Below, in pieces: positions 8,388 through 15,948 of a stretch of DNA of 64,000 nucleotides. Below the pieces are notes generated by a model. The model saw nothing but the letters and a program-made list of their open reading frames with translations, was not told the origin of the DNA and searched no databases. Both the position numbers and the translations under genes were made by a program. How positions within the stretch are numbered: position 1 is the first letter of the stretch; every line of letters begins with the position of its first letter. The DNA is from a virus. The stretch is taken from the IMG/VR virus record IMGVR_UViG_3300007760_001418, positions 1 to 64,000 of that record; one strand, given 5' to 3'.

Positions 8388-9011
8388 ATGGCCCGCAATA
8401 AGAACAAGAGTCTGCTCCAGAAAGCCAAACGCGCCCGTCAAGAGCGTATCGACGCGTCGCTAGCGGATTTGTCCAACAAAATCAACCAGTTAAGTGAGGC
8501 CGGCCTACACCTGAACGACGACGAAACGTACACACCTGAGTATGCCAAGCTGATTGCTCAGCTTAACCAGGTGCACGAAGAACGTGATGAGTTCGAAGAC
8601 AACCAACGAGAACGCAACATTCAGAAGCTGCGGGCCAAGGACGAGCTACGTCAGGCCAAGCTGGATCACGGACTCAGGGTGGGTAAGGTAAAGAATAACA
8701 TCCAATGGGCACCTGGTGGTATGGACATGGTGCCTGGTCGTAAGGATTGCGACGCCAAGTTCTTCGGAGCACAGGAGGCGGGACTGGCTAAGGTATCTCG
8801 CGATATTGGGCGCTGGGAAACCCTGGACCCATATGCAAATGCAAGAGGAGTGAATAAGGGCGAGATTGTCATGATCATCTCTGAGAAGTACCAGGTCGAG
8901 ACCGGCTATGGACGCAAGATCAAAACAAAGTGGGCAGTCGACGTCATGGTCGGGCCTCACGTAGTCAAGGCGATCCCCGCAGCAGCGCTTCGCCCGTTGG
9001 AAGAAGATTAA
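8388..9011 (+). CDS. hypothetical protein (N-terminal coiled coil, C-terminal SH3-like)
   Basis: AAGGA SD, MARNKNK start; KGEIVMII...VDVMVG. Confidence 0.7.
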   Translation: MARNKNKSLLQKAKRARQERIDASLADLSNKINQLSEAGLHLNDDETYTPEYAKLIAQLNQVHEERDEFEDNQRERNIQKLRAKDELRQAKLDHGLRVGKVKNNIQWAPGGMDMVPGRKDCDAKFFGAQEAGLAKVSRDIGRWETLDPYANARGVNKGEIVMIISEKYQVETGYGRKIKTKWAVDVMVGPHVVKAIPAAALRPLEED

Positions 9012-9012
9012 A

Positions 9013-9300
9013 ATGGTTAACGATATCAAGGACTTAGAGCCCGGCGACCTTGCTTGGTTCGCATTGAATGAAGATGACCTACCACAGATGGTAGAGATCG
9101 AAGACGTCACCGAGGGTCAGGTTGCAATCCGTGTCGACGACGGGCTGCTGGTAGCAGATGCTTCGAAGTTTCACCTCCTCGAAAAGTGGTGGGGACACGG
9201 GCCTCTGGGTGATGGGACAGGCATGGGACCTGATGGTTTCGATCCGGATTGGGCATCCAAAGAGGAAAAGTCCAATGATATTAAGGGGTTAGAGAAATAA
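9013..9300 (+). CDS. SH3/KOW-like hypothetical protein
   Basis: LEPGDLAWF. Confidence 0.6.
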   Translation: MVNDIKDLEPGDLAWFALNEDDLPQMVEIEDVTEGQVAIRVDDGLLVADASKFHLLEKWWGHGPLGDGTGMGPDGFDPDWASKEEKSNDIKGLEK

Positions 9301-9319
9301 AAATAATTGTGACACCGGC

Positions 9320-9348
9320 GTGTAAAATCGTTCGATTTGCTGTATAAT
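9320..9348 (+). promoter_or_regulatory. GTGTAA-N17-TATAAT promoter
   Basis: exact motif and spacing. Confidence 0.85.
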
Positions 9349-9414
9349 GGTAACATAATCAAACAAAGGCTGGTGAGGACTGGCCAGTGGGCATCGCCCA
9401 GAAGGAGACATAAT

Positions 9415-9726
9415 ATGTCAGAAGAAAACAACAACCTGAAACGTACCCACAAGGCTCCCTACAAGGTAGGCAAATTGTACTTCGGTCGCAGCGCACCCAC
9501 TCGTGGTGCCAAGTGGGTCGTCTCTGCTAGCATGGATCTTAGCAATCCTGTAGCGGAATACGACATTGGCAAGCTGGCGCGCGCCCATTGCGAGGAAGCA
9601 CGTGATGCTGCCCGCATTGCCAAGGCTGAAGCAGCTTCCGCTGAGGTTGCCATCCCTGCAGGTGAGGAGTTTACGGATATCATGTCAGATGATACTGTCG
9701 ATTTTGAGGGAGGAATTGATCTCTAA
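9415..9726 (+). CDS. hypothetical protein
   Basis: AAGGAG SD before MSEENNN. Confidence 0.7.
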   Translation: MSEENNNLKRTHKAPYKVGKLYFGRSAPTRGAKWVVSASMDLSNPVAEYDIGKLARAHCEEARDAARIAKAEAASAEVAIPAGEEFTDIMSDDTVDFEGGIDL

Positions 9727-9754
9727 AAGATCTCAAAAAGATCTCAAAAAGATC
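9718..9754 (+). repeat. short tandem repeat (AAAAGATCTC-like)
   Basis: GATCTCTAAAAGATCTCAAAAAGATCTCAAAAAGATC, 11-bp period. Confidence 0.75.
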
Positions 9755-9763
9755 GAACAATTC

Positions 9764-9792
9764 GTGCAAATCCCCTCCCCATATTGTATAAT
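9764..9792 (+). promoter_or_regulatory. GTGCAA-N17-TATAAT promoter
   Basis: exact motif; GTATAATATACTTGATGGTTGGGGAGG shared with the 13260 copy. Confidence 0.85.
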
Positions 9793-9853
9793 ATACTTGA
9801 TGGTTGGGGAGGGGATTAGCCCTCCAAGCCTCTAGACCAAGGAGTTAGAAAAC

Positions 9854-10936
9854 ATGGATATCAAAACCTTCAATCTCGTCGCTACCAAGCTTCCCCCGGA
9901 GATCGCGATTCTTCTTCGCGGACCGACAGGGGTCGGTAAGTCTTTCCTGGCTAACCAGGTGGCAAAGAACCTTGAGCTTCCTTTCATCGACGTCCGCGGT
10001 TCTACCATGTCCGAAGGTGATGTTGGTGGTTACCCCGATGTTGAGGGTATGAAGGAAAATGGTATCATGACCTTCTGCATGCCATCCTGGTTCATCCGGG
10101 CATGCCGAGAGCCTGTTGTCCTGATGCTGGACGAGCTTAACCGCTCCCTCCCCGGTGTCCAACAGTCCTTCTTCCAGCTGGTCCTGGACCGAGAGTTGGG
10201 TAACGACGCTAACGGCGTTCCTTACCGCCTCCACCCGCAGACCAAGGTCATCGCGGCTGTCAACCACGGCGCTGAGTACGACGTCAACGAGATGGACCCC
10301 GCATTGCTGCGGCGCTTCTGGACTGTGGACCTTGAGCCCACCTCCGAAGATTGGATCACCTGGGCTACTGCCGAAGGTCTTGACCCGGTGGTCATCGACT
10401 TCATTCGTCAGAATCCTGCCCACCTCCGAGTCGACCCTTCTACGGTTGAGCCTGGTACGGTGGCTCCGAACCCCGCTTCCTGGCACCGCCTGGCAGAGAG
10501 CCTGGTCCACATGGGCTACGCTCCGGCTGACCTCGCTGGTAAGGAAAGGGCTCCTGGCTTCTACGCTGTCGCCCTGGGCTTCGTCGGTACCGAAGCTGCT
10601 ATCTCCTTCACGACCTTCGTTGAGGGTTACGAGATGGTGGTCAGCGCCGAGGACATCCTGGACGACTACAAGGGCAACAAGGAAAAGGTTGCTGCCCTTA
10701 CGAACGATCGCCTTAACGCGGTTATCGAGAAGATCGCTAACCACTGCAAGGAAAATGAATGGAAGCTGAATCAGGCCAAGAACGTCGCGGCCTTCGCTGA
10801 AAGCCTCCCTGGTGAGATGATGGTCTCCCTTTGGAACACCATCTCGGCTACCCAGAAGTTGCCGAACATCCAGAAGATGCACAAGTTGATTGGACAGAAG
10901 ATTGTCAAGGCAGTCCAGTCCAGCCGAAACCTTTAA
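9854..10936 (+). CDS. MoxR-type AAA+ ATPase
   Basis: Walker A GPTGVGKS, Walker B LMLDELNR, sensor VIAAVN, MDPALLRRF. Confidence 0.9.
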   Translation: MDIKTFNLVATKLPPEIAILLRGPTGVGKSFLANQVAKNLELPFIDVRGSTMSEGDVGGYPDVEGMKENGIMTFCMPSWFIRACREPVVLMLDELNRSLPGVQQSFFQLVLDRELGNDANGVPYRLHPQTKVIAAVNHGAEYDVNEMDPALLRRFWTVDLEPTSEDWITWATAEGLDPVVIDFIRQNPAHLRVDPSTVEPGTVAPNPASWHRLAESLVHMGYAPADLAGKERAPGFYAVALGFVGTEAAISFTTFVEGYEMVVSAEDILDDYKGNKEKVAALTNDRLNAVIEKIANHCKENEWKLNQAKNVAAFAESLPGEMMVSLWNTISATQKLPNIQKMHKLIGQKIVKAVQSSRNL

Positions 10937-10946
10937 GATTACCCAG

Positions 10947-10994
10947 GAGGGTGCAACCCTAGTAACAGGTTAAGCTGACTAGGGTTCGCCCCTC
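10947..10994 (+). other. long intergenic hairpin
   Basis: GAGGGTGCAACCCTAGT...ACTAGGGTTCGCCCCTC. Confidence 0.6.
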
Positions 10995-11011
10995 GCACTT
11001 AGGAGAAAAGA

Positions 11012-11287
11012 ATGGAACTCTCAAACATCCTTAATGAACTCAATGGCCTCAATGTTGATCAGCTACGTATTTTGAATAATGCTGTCTATGATCGCCTCAA
11101 GGATGCTCGCAATAGGGACTCCGCAATCAAGCGTCGCACCCTACGTGCTGGTGACCAGGTATCTTGGACCGGTCGCAATGGGTACACGGAAGGTGTCATC
11201 GTCCGGGTCAAGCGTAAGAAGGCTATCTGCGATGTGGGTAGTGGGCGTAACTGGGATGTACCCCTCAGCATGCTGACGGCAGTCTAA
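11012..11287 (+). CDS. hypothetical protein, C-terminal SH3/KOW-like fold
   Basis: AGGAG SD; LRAGDQVSWTGRNG..GVIVRVKRKKA..WDVPLSML. Confidence 0.75.
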   Translation: MELSNILNELNGLNVDQLRILNNAVYDRLKDARNRDSAIKRRTLRAGDQVSWTGRNGYTEGVIVRVKRKKAICDVGSGRNWDVPLSMLTAV

Positions 11288-11339
11288 AAAGATTAATAAT
11301 ATCAATAGGTTACATAATACTATTTATTTTAGCATACCC

Positions 11340-11368
11340 GTGCAAAAAAGCCTGGCATGTTGTATAAT
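11340..11368 (+). promoter_or_regulatory. GTGCAA-N17-TATAAT promoter
   Basis: exact motif; GTATAATGTATATGTAATCA shared with the 8332 copy. Confidence 0.85.
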
Positions 11369-11391
11369 GTATATGTAATCAAGGAATGGAT

Positions 11392-12783
11392 ATGGCAACA
11401 CCACAAACGACAGCTAACGACCTCCCCATCGCAGGGGACCTCGCGACCGACATCGAAGCCAACAACTTCGAGTTGGACCCACATCTCATCAGCCTCCTCT
11501 GGAGTGAGCCCTTCTTCAGCAAGATCCTTAGGGTCGTAACGAAGGTCCGCACCGACAGCATCCCTACCGCAGGGGTCCTGGCCAAGGACGGCGACATCAA
11601 GATGTGGTGGAACCCAAAGTTCCTCGCTAGCCTCACACCTGATCAGGTGAAGGGGCTTCTAAAGCATGAGTGTTACCACCTGGTGTTCGAACACACCACC
11701 ACCCGGCGACACGATCCCCACATCATTTGGAACTATGCCACTGACCTGGCCATCAACTCTCTTATCCCAGAAGAGGAGCTCCCCGAGGGTGGCCTCATTC
11801 CTGGTAAGGCCTTTAAGGAGCTTTCCGATAAGGACAAGGCGATGATGGGACCGGACGCAGTTGGCCGGTACGAGCGGGTATCCGCAAAGATTGAATCCTT
11901 CCCCAAGGAGATGGCATCCGAGTGGTACTTCGCTGAGCTTCAGGAAGTGGCCGACGATATCCAAAAGGGTAAGGAAGATGGTGAAGGCCAGCCCGGAGAC
12001 GGCGAAGGCGAAGGGGAAGGTCAAGGACCTGGTCAGCCTGGTGGACAACCTGGTAACGGACCCGGTATGCCTGGGCCGATGGACGACCATGATGGTTGGG
12101 ACCAGCTCTCTGATGAAGATCGCGAATTGCTGAAGGGCAAGGTCAAGCAGGCCGTTGAGGATGCTGTCAAGGAATGTGACCGGAATGGTCAATGGGGTTC
12201 GGTTGGCGGAGGTACCCAGAAGGTGCTCCGGGAGCTCATCTCCAAGGAGATCCCCTGGCAGACAGTGCTGAAGAAGTTCTGCGGAATGACCCGCCGGGCC
12301 AATCGCGCTACCAACATCCGACGCCTCAACCGGAAGTACCCGGCTATTCACCCTGGCTTCCAAAAGGGCTACACCTCCTCCATCGCAGTCTACATCGACC
12401 AGAGTGGTTCGGTTAGCGATGCTGAGTTGGAGCTGTTCTTCGGAGAGCTTCGGAGCCTGGCCAAGCGGACTGAGTTCACCATCTACAACTTCGACACCGA
12501 GGTTGATACGGATAGCGAACGAGTCTGGAAGAAGGGTCGTACCCCTTACGCCGGTCGGACCCGTTGCGGAGGTACTTGCTTCACTGCTCCTACGGAGCAT
12601 GCAAATAAGAATAGTGCCAAGTTCGATGGCTACCTCATCCTCACTGATGGTGAGGCTAGCGATCCTGGACCTTCTCGGTTGAAGCGAGGATGGGTCATTT
12701 GCCCCGGACAGAAGCTTTACTTTGAGGCCTCGAAGAGGGACTTCGTTATCAACATGAAGGAACCCAAGAAGGTGGCAGCATGA
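11392..12783 (+). CDS. HExxH metallopeptidase-like + vWA domain protein (DUF2201-like), MoxR partner
   Basis: LLKHECYH, WNYATDLAIN, Gly/Glu linker, MIDAS IDQSGS, GGT, ILTDG. Confidence 0.88.
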   Translation: MATPQTTANDLPIAGDLATDIEANNFELDPHLISLLWSEPFFSKILRVVTKVRTDSIPTAGVLAKDGDIKMWWNPKFLASLTPDQVKGLLKHECYHLVFEHTTTRRHDPHIIWNYATDLAINSLIPEEELPEGGLIPGKAFKELSDKDKAMMGPDAVGRYERVSAKIESFPKEMASEWYFAELQEVADDIQKGKEDGEGQPGDGEGEGEGQGPGQPGGQPGNGPGMPGPMDDHDGWDQLSDEDRELLKGKVKQAVEDAVKECDRNGQWGSVGGGTQKVLRELISKEIPWQTVLKKFCGMTRRANRATNIRRLNRKYPAIHPGFQKGYTSSIAVYIDQSGSVSDAELELFFGELRSLAKRTEFTIYNFDTEVDTDSERVWKKGRTPYAGRTRCGGTCFTAPTEHANKNSAKFDGYLILTDGEASDPGPSRLKRGWVICPGQKLYFEASKRDFVINMKEPKKVAA

Positions 12784-13022
12784 AGCTAGGTAAGGATGTC
12801 AAGGCTTATATTGATAAGAAGCTAGGTGACACTAAGGACGAGAACCAAATGCGTGTGTACCAGGTCCTCATTGAGGGGTATTGGGCAGGTGAGTTGGATA
12901 TAAACCCAACCACCAAAGCCGTGATGCTTGTAGAGGATCCTGTGCCCCGCGTGGCAACACCGGTAGATGCGGTGATCACTGGAGCTATTATGCAGGCTAT
13001 GTCCGGGGGTGGGAAAAAGTAA
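12780..13022 (+). CDS. hypothetical protein
   Basis: ATGA overlap with the vWA gene. Confidence 0.6.
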   Translation: MKLGKDVKAYIDKKLGDTKDENQMRVYQVLIEGYWAGELDINPTTKAVMLVEDPVPRVATPVDAVITGAIMQAMSGGGKK

Positions 13023-13075
13023 ATAATATTAGGTAGTTAGAGTGTTAAAAAGAATTGCATTGATCTGTCACATGC

Positions 13076-13104
13076 GTGCAAGATCTGCCTTCCTGTTGTA
13101 TAAT
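13076..13104 (+). promoter_or_regulatory. GTGCAA-N17-TATAAT promoter
   Basis: exact motif and spacing. Confidence 0.85.
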
Positions 13105-13126
13105 AGTATCATAAGGAAGGTTGGTA

Positions 13127-13252
13127 ATGGCAAACATCGCAAACATCACACTCGCTATCCTCCTCGCCGCTCAGATGGCCGGCGCAATGACAGCACGTCA
13201 GGGGACAGCAGCTGTGACTATGGCTGACGCAATTACCTGCAATATTAATTGA
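13127..13252 (+). CDS. 41-aa hydrophobic peptide (not in ORF track)
   Basis: own promoter, AAGGAAGG SD; MANIANITLAILLAAQMAGAMTARQGTAAVTMADAITCNIN. Confidence 0.5.
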   Translation: MANIANITLAILLAAQMAGAMTARQGTAAVTMADAITCNIN

Positions 13253-13259
13253 CAGGCCC

Positions 13260-13288
13260 GTGCAAATAACGCCTGCATAGGGTATAAT
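13260..13288 (+). promoter_or_regulatory. GTGCAA-N17-TATAAT promoter
   Basis: exact motif and spacing. Confidence 0.85.
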
Positions 13289-13350
13289 ATACTTGATGGT
13301 TGGGGAGGAACCCAACCGGTAACGGCAACCAAGACCAAGGAGAAAGCCAA

Positions 13351-14100
13351 ATGAAACTCAACGTACGCAAAGACGATATCGCCGTCGGCACCAACATCCT
13401 AGACGTGGAGGTCCCCAAGCGACTCCGCAACAAGCACAAGTCAGGCCTCGAGTATATCGATTGCGCCTTGGGCGGCCAGGGCTTTACGCCGACTGCAGTG
13501 ACCTTCTTCACCGGTACGCCGGGCTCTGGTAAGACTACCATGATGCTGACCTTGGCTGATGCCATCACCCGCTCCGGTGGGGTGGCACTGTTCAACACTG
13601 CTGAGGAATCCCTCTTCCAGGTCAAGCTGGTCGTCGAACGCCTGAAGTTCAAGAAGGGCTTCATCGCTGGCCAGGAAAATCATATTCCTACGCTGCTTAA
13701 GAATTGTGATAAGATTCGCAAGGCCAATCCCGGGAAGCCTTTCTTCCTGATCGTTGACAGCCTCCAGTGCATGGACGACGGTAAGTACACCGACGGCCAC
13801 ACCAACAGCAAGACTGCTGAGCGGTCCTTGGCCCTTATCACCGATTACTGCAAGGAGCATTACTGCAATGCCATCGTCATCGGCCAGGTCAACAAGTCTG
13901 GTCAGATGGCTGGTACCAACAAGCTCAAGCACATGGTCGACGCCATGATGCACCTCTCTGTAGAGGAAAAGGACAAGGACCTCGAAGGTTGCCGCGTCCT
14001 TCAGACGACGAAGAACCGGTTCGGTGGCTGCGGTCACACCTTCTTCCTGGCTCTGAATAAGAATGGATTCAAAGAGGTGGCTCGGGTCTCTGCTGCTTAA
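13351..14100 (+). CDS. RadA/Sms-like RecA-family ATPase (ATPase domain only)
   Basis: GTPGSGKTT, AEES, LIVDSLQ, GQVNKSGQMAG..LKHMVD, KNRFG. Confidence 0.85.
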   Translation: MKLNVRKDDIAVGTNILDVEVPKRLRNKHKSGLEYIDCALGGQGFTPTAVTFFTGTPGSGKTTMMLTLADAITRSGGVALFNTAEESLFQVKLVVERLKFKKGFIAGQENHIPTLLKNCDKIRKANPGKPFFLIVDSLQCMDDGKYTDGHTNSKTAERSLALITDYCKEHYCNAIVIGQVNKSGQMAGTNKLKHMVDAMMHLSVEEKDKDLEGCRVLQTTKNRFGGCGHTFFLALNKNGFKEVARVSAA

Positions 14101-14115
14101 AGTAGCCTAACCCAC

Positions 14116-14185
14116 GTGGGAAGGAGTGGCCACCTCTCGCCGGCATAGACCGGATCCTTGGTCGGACTCCTTCCCACACTTTTTT
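14116..14185 (+). terminator. branched stem-loop with U-tract
   Basis: GTGGGAAGGAGT (14116-27) pairs perfectly with ACTCCTTCCCAC (14166-77); T-run follows. Confidence 0.6.
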
Positions 14186-14219
14186 ATCATCTGCTCGAGG
14201 GCGGGTAAAAGGAGAAAAT

Positions 14220-14435
14220 ATGTTAGAATCAATTAACTGGTCAGATCTGATGGCGATCACCCTATTCAATATGCTGATAGGCGGAGTGATTGCATTTGTG
14301 TATATAGCCTATGACGTCAGACGCAGGAAGCGTGAAGAAGCACGTGACCTAGCTGCGATGCGACGTGTATATGGCGAAGCACAGGCCAAGATCGATCGCG
14401 CCAATGACCAGTACTACAAGCGCTCCGGGAGATAA
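14220..14435 (+). CDS. small membrane protein
   Basis: AAGGAG SD; TM helix followed by basic tail. Confidence 0.7.
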   Translation: MLESINWSDLMAITLFNMLIGGVIAFVYIAYDVRRRKREEARDLAAMRRVYGEAQAKIDRANDQYYKRSGR

Positions 14436-14447
14436 GCTGACAGGCCC

Positions 14448-14476
14448 GTGCAATCCAGCCCAGCCTATGGTATAAT
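14448..14476 (+). promoter_or_regulatory. GTGCAA-N17-TATAAT promoter
   Basis: exact motif; TGACAGGCCCGTGCAA shared with 13250. Confidence 0.85.
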
Positions 14477-14517
14477 GGATATAGATGGAGGGAATGACAG
14501 TGTGACAGGCAGCAGCA

Positions 14518-14660
14518 GGCCCCCACGTGGGCAGCAACCAAGGGGCCCGTATGGCAGCCCCCGAGGGGCCCCTTTTCGAGGCCCCCTACATGCGGCTCTA
14601 GGGCCCCCTCTAGAGGCCCCCTTGCATACTCTGTGGGGCGGCCCCAGGGGCGGCGGGGTT
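14518..14660. repeat. GC-rich tract of GGCCCC/GGGGCC motifs
   Basis: about six GG(G)CCCC units and palindromes such as CCTCTAGAGG. Confidence 0.65.
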
Positions 14661-14766
14661 AAGTCTGCGCTCTCGCTTCTCGAATCTGGAGCGAAACGAA
14701 AACCGTATTACTGTAAAAGCTCAGAAAATATCTCGAGCAATTTTTAGGATCAAGGAGAAAAAAGAT

Positions 14767-15048
14767 ATGCCAGTGATTGATGGAAAATATAGAAATTGGG
14801 AAAAGGGTGATATGTGTACCTACGCACGGGTGTTAAACCCAGTGCCGGTATTCCTAATCAGCCGAGGTACATATCAAGGTCATGATTGTGATGAGTTTGG
14901 TGAACCAGCGTTTTGGAGTGCTGTCGACATTATCAACCCAGAGACCGGCCAGGAGCGTAAGATGTGTAAGGCTAGTCATCTCAAAGTAATCGAAGAAAAA
15001 GACTACATCCGGAGTGATGCAGCAAAGGAGCTAGGGATCAATGGGTAG
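14767..15048 (+). CDS. hypothetical protein (SH3/KOW-like)
   Basis: AAGGAG SD; WEKGDMC..HLKVIEE. Confidence 0.65.
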   Translation: MPVIDGKYRNWEKGDMCTYARVLNPVPVFLISRGTYQGHDCDEFGEPAFWSAVDIINPETGQERKMCKASHLKVIEEKDYIRSDAAKELGING

Positions 15049-15250
15049 GATTAATTTTTCAGATGGGGAAGTATTCAACACATGTGGGCCTGTCCGCGCA
15101 GAGCAGCGTAAGGATGGGTGGTATGTCATGGGTAAGGGTATGCTGATCCCAGTAGACAATATGGCAGAAGCAATTAAGCTTGTATGCGAGCATAAGGCCA
15201 AGGCCTTGGTTGCTGATAAGAAGAAAGAAGATGATACCTCCGAAGCGTAA
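15041..15250 (+). CDS. hypothetical protein
   Basis: coupled ORF; DGWYVMGKGMLIPV. Confidence 0.65.
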   Translation: MGRINFSDGEVFNTCGPVRAEQRKDGWYVMGKGMLIPVDNMAEAIKLVCEHKAKALVADKKKEDDTSEA

Positions 15251-15434
15251 ACGAATTTGTCCTAAGAAAGGGCACCTGGTCGAGTACCCCAGCGGGCCCG
15301 CGCCAGCAGCCGGGTTCTCTCCATCACAGGTTGGACTAGTAGTCAATACAGTGGGTATCCACCTGCACATCCTGGCTGGCGATGGTACTATAATCAAAGG
15401 GGTGCGTAGGGATAGTGTTGAGATCGTCGGATGA
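15231..15434 (+). CDS. small SH3/KOW-like protein
   Basis: PKKGHLVEY..VGLVV..VEIVG. Confidence 0.6.
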   Translation: MIPPKRKRICPKKGHLVEYPSGPAPAAGFSPSQVGLVVNTVGIHLHILAGDGTIIKGVRRDSVEIVG

Positions 15435-15754
15435 GTATACCAAAGAGTAGAGGGAATGTAGTCGTGAATAAAAAGAGAATCCGCAAGGCAGTAAAGAAAC
15501 ACCAGAAAAGACTTAGTGCAAATGAGAGAGCGTTATTCGCCCAAAGGCGACGCCTCCTTGAAGGTAGCCTAATCACTCAGTCCGATGTCTTCGAGGGCGC
15601 CATGGTAGTCCAACATATCAGAGGCAGTCAATACCTGGTGCGTCTCAGTACCGGTGAAGAGGTATACGCTAGCCACAAGCGCGGGAAGGACGAAGCTCTA
15701 GATGATCGCCATGAAGTGACCTTCAGTCACGGTGGATGGTCCATATGGGAATGA
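15431..15754 (+). CDS. basic hypothetical protein
   Basis: ATGA-coupled on both sides. Confidence 0.65.
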   Translation: MSIPKSRGNVVVNKKRIRKAVKKHQKRLSANERALFAQRRRLLEGSLITQSDVFEGAMVVQHIRGSQYLVRLSTGEEVYASHKRGKDEALDDRHEVTFSHGGWSIWE

Positions 15755-15948
15755 CGATCGGTGCCCTTGTGCGACCTACCGGACCGGCCACCCGACAACT
15801 ACAGCATGGTGTCCCGTTGGTTGAAGAAGAGTGGATTGGTATCATCATTGGGTTCGACTACGGTGACCCGATAGTCATGTGGAACGAGAAATTTCCAAAT
15901 GAGTTAGAGTATCGAGAACAACTCGAGGTAATCAGTGGACCCGATTAA
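15751..15948 (+). CDS. small SH3/KOW-like protein
   Basis: MTIGALVRP..IGIII..VMWN..LEVISG. Confidence 0.7.
   Translation: MTIGALVRPTGPATRQLQHGVPLVEEEWIGIIIGFDYGDPIVMWNEKFPNELEYREQLEVISGPD

Noticed and set aside
9845-14037. Long antisense ORFs (345, 313 and 198 aa) opposite MoxR, vWA and RadA-like genes
   Set aside because: Expected shadow frames of GC3-rich genes; the sense frames carry clear motifs.
14448-14747. 99-aa Pro/Gly-rich ORF
   Set aside because: Its GTG start is the promoter -35 box itself, and its composition simply reflects the GC palindromes.
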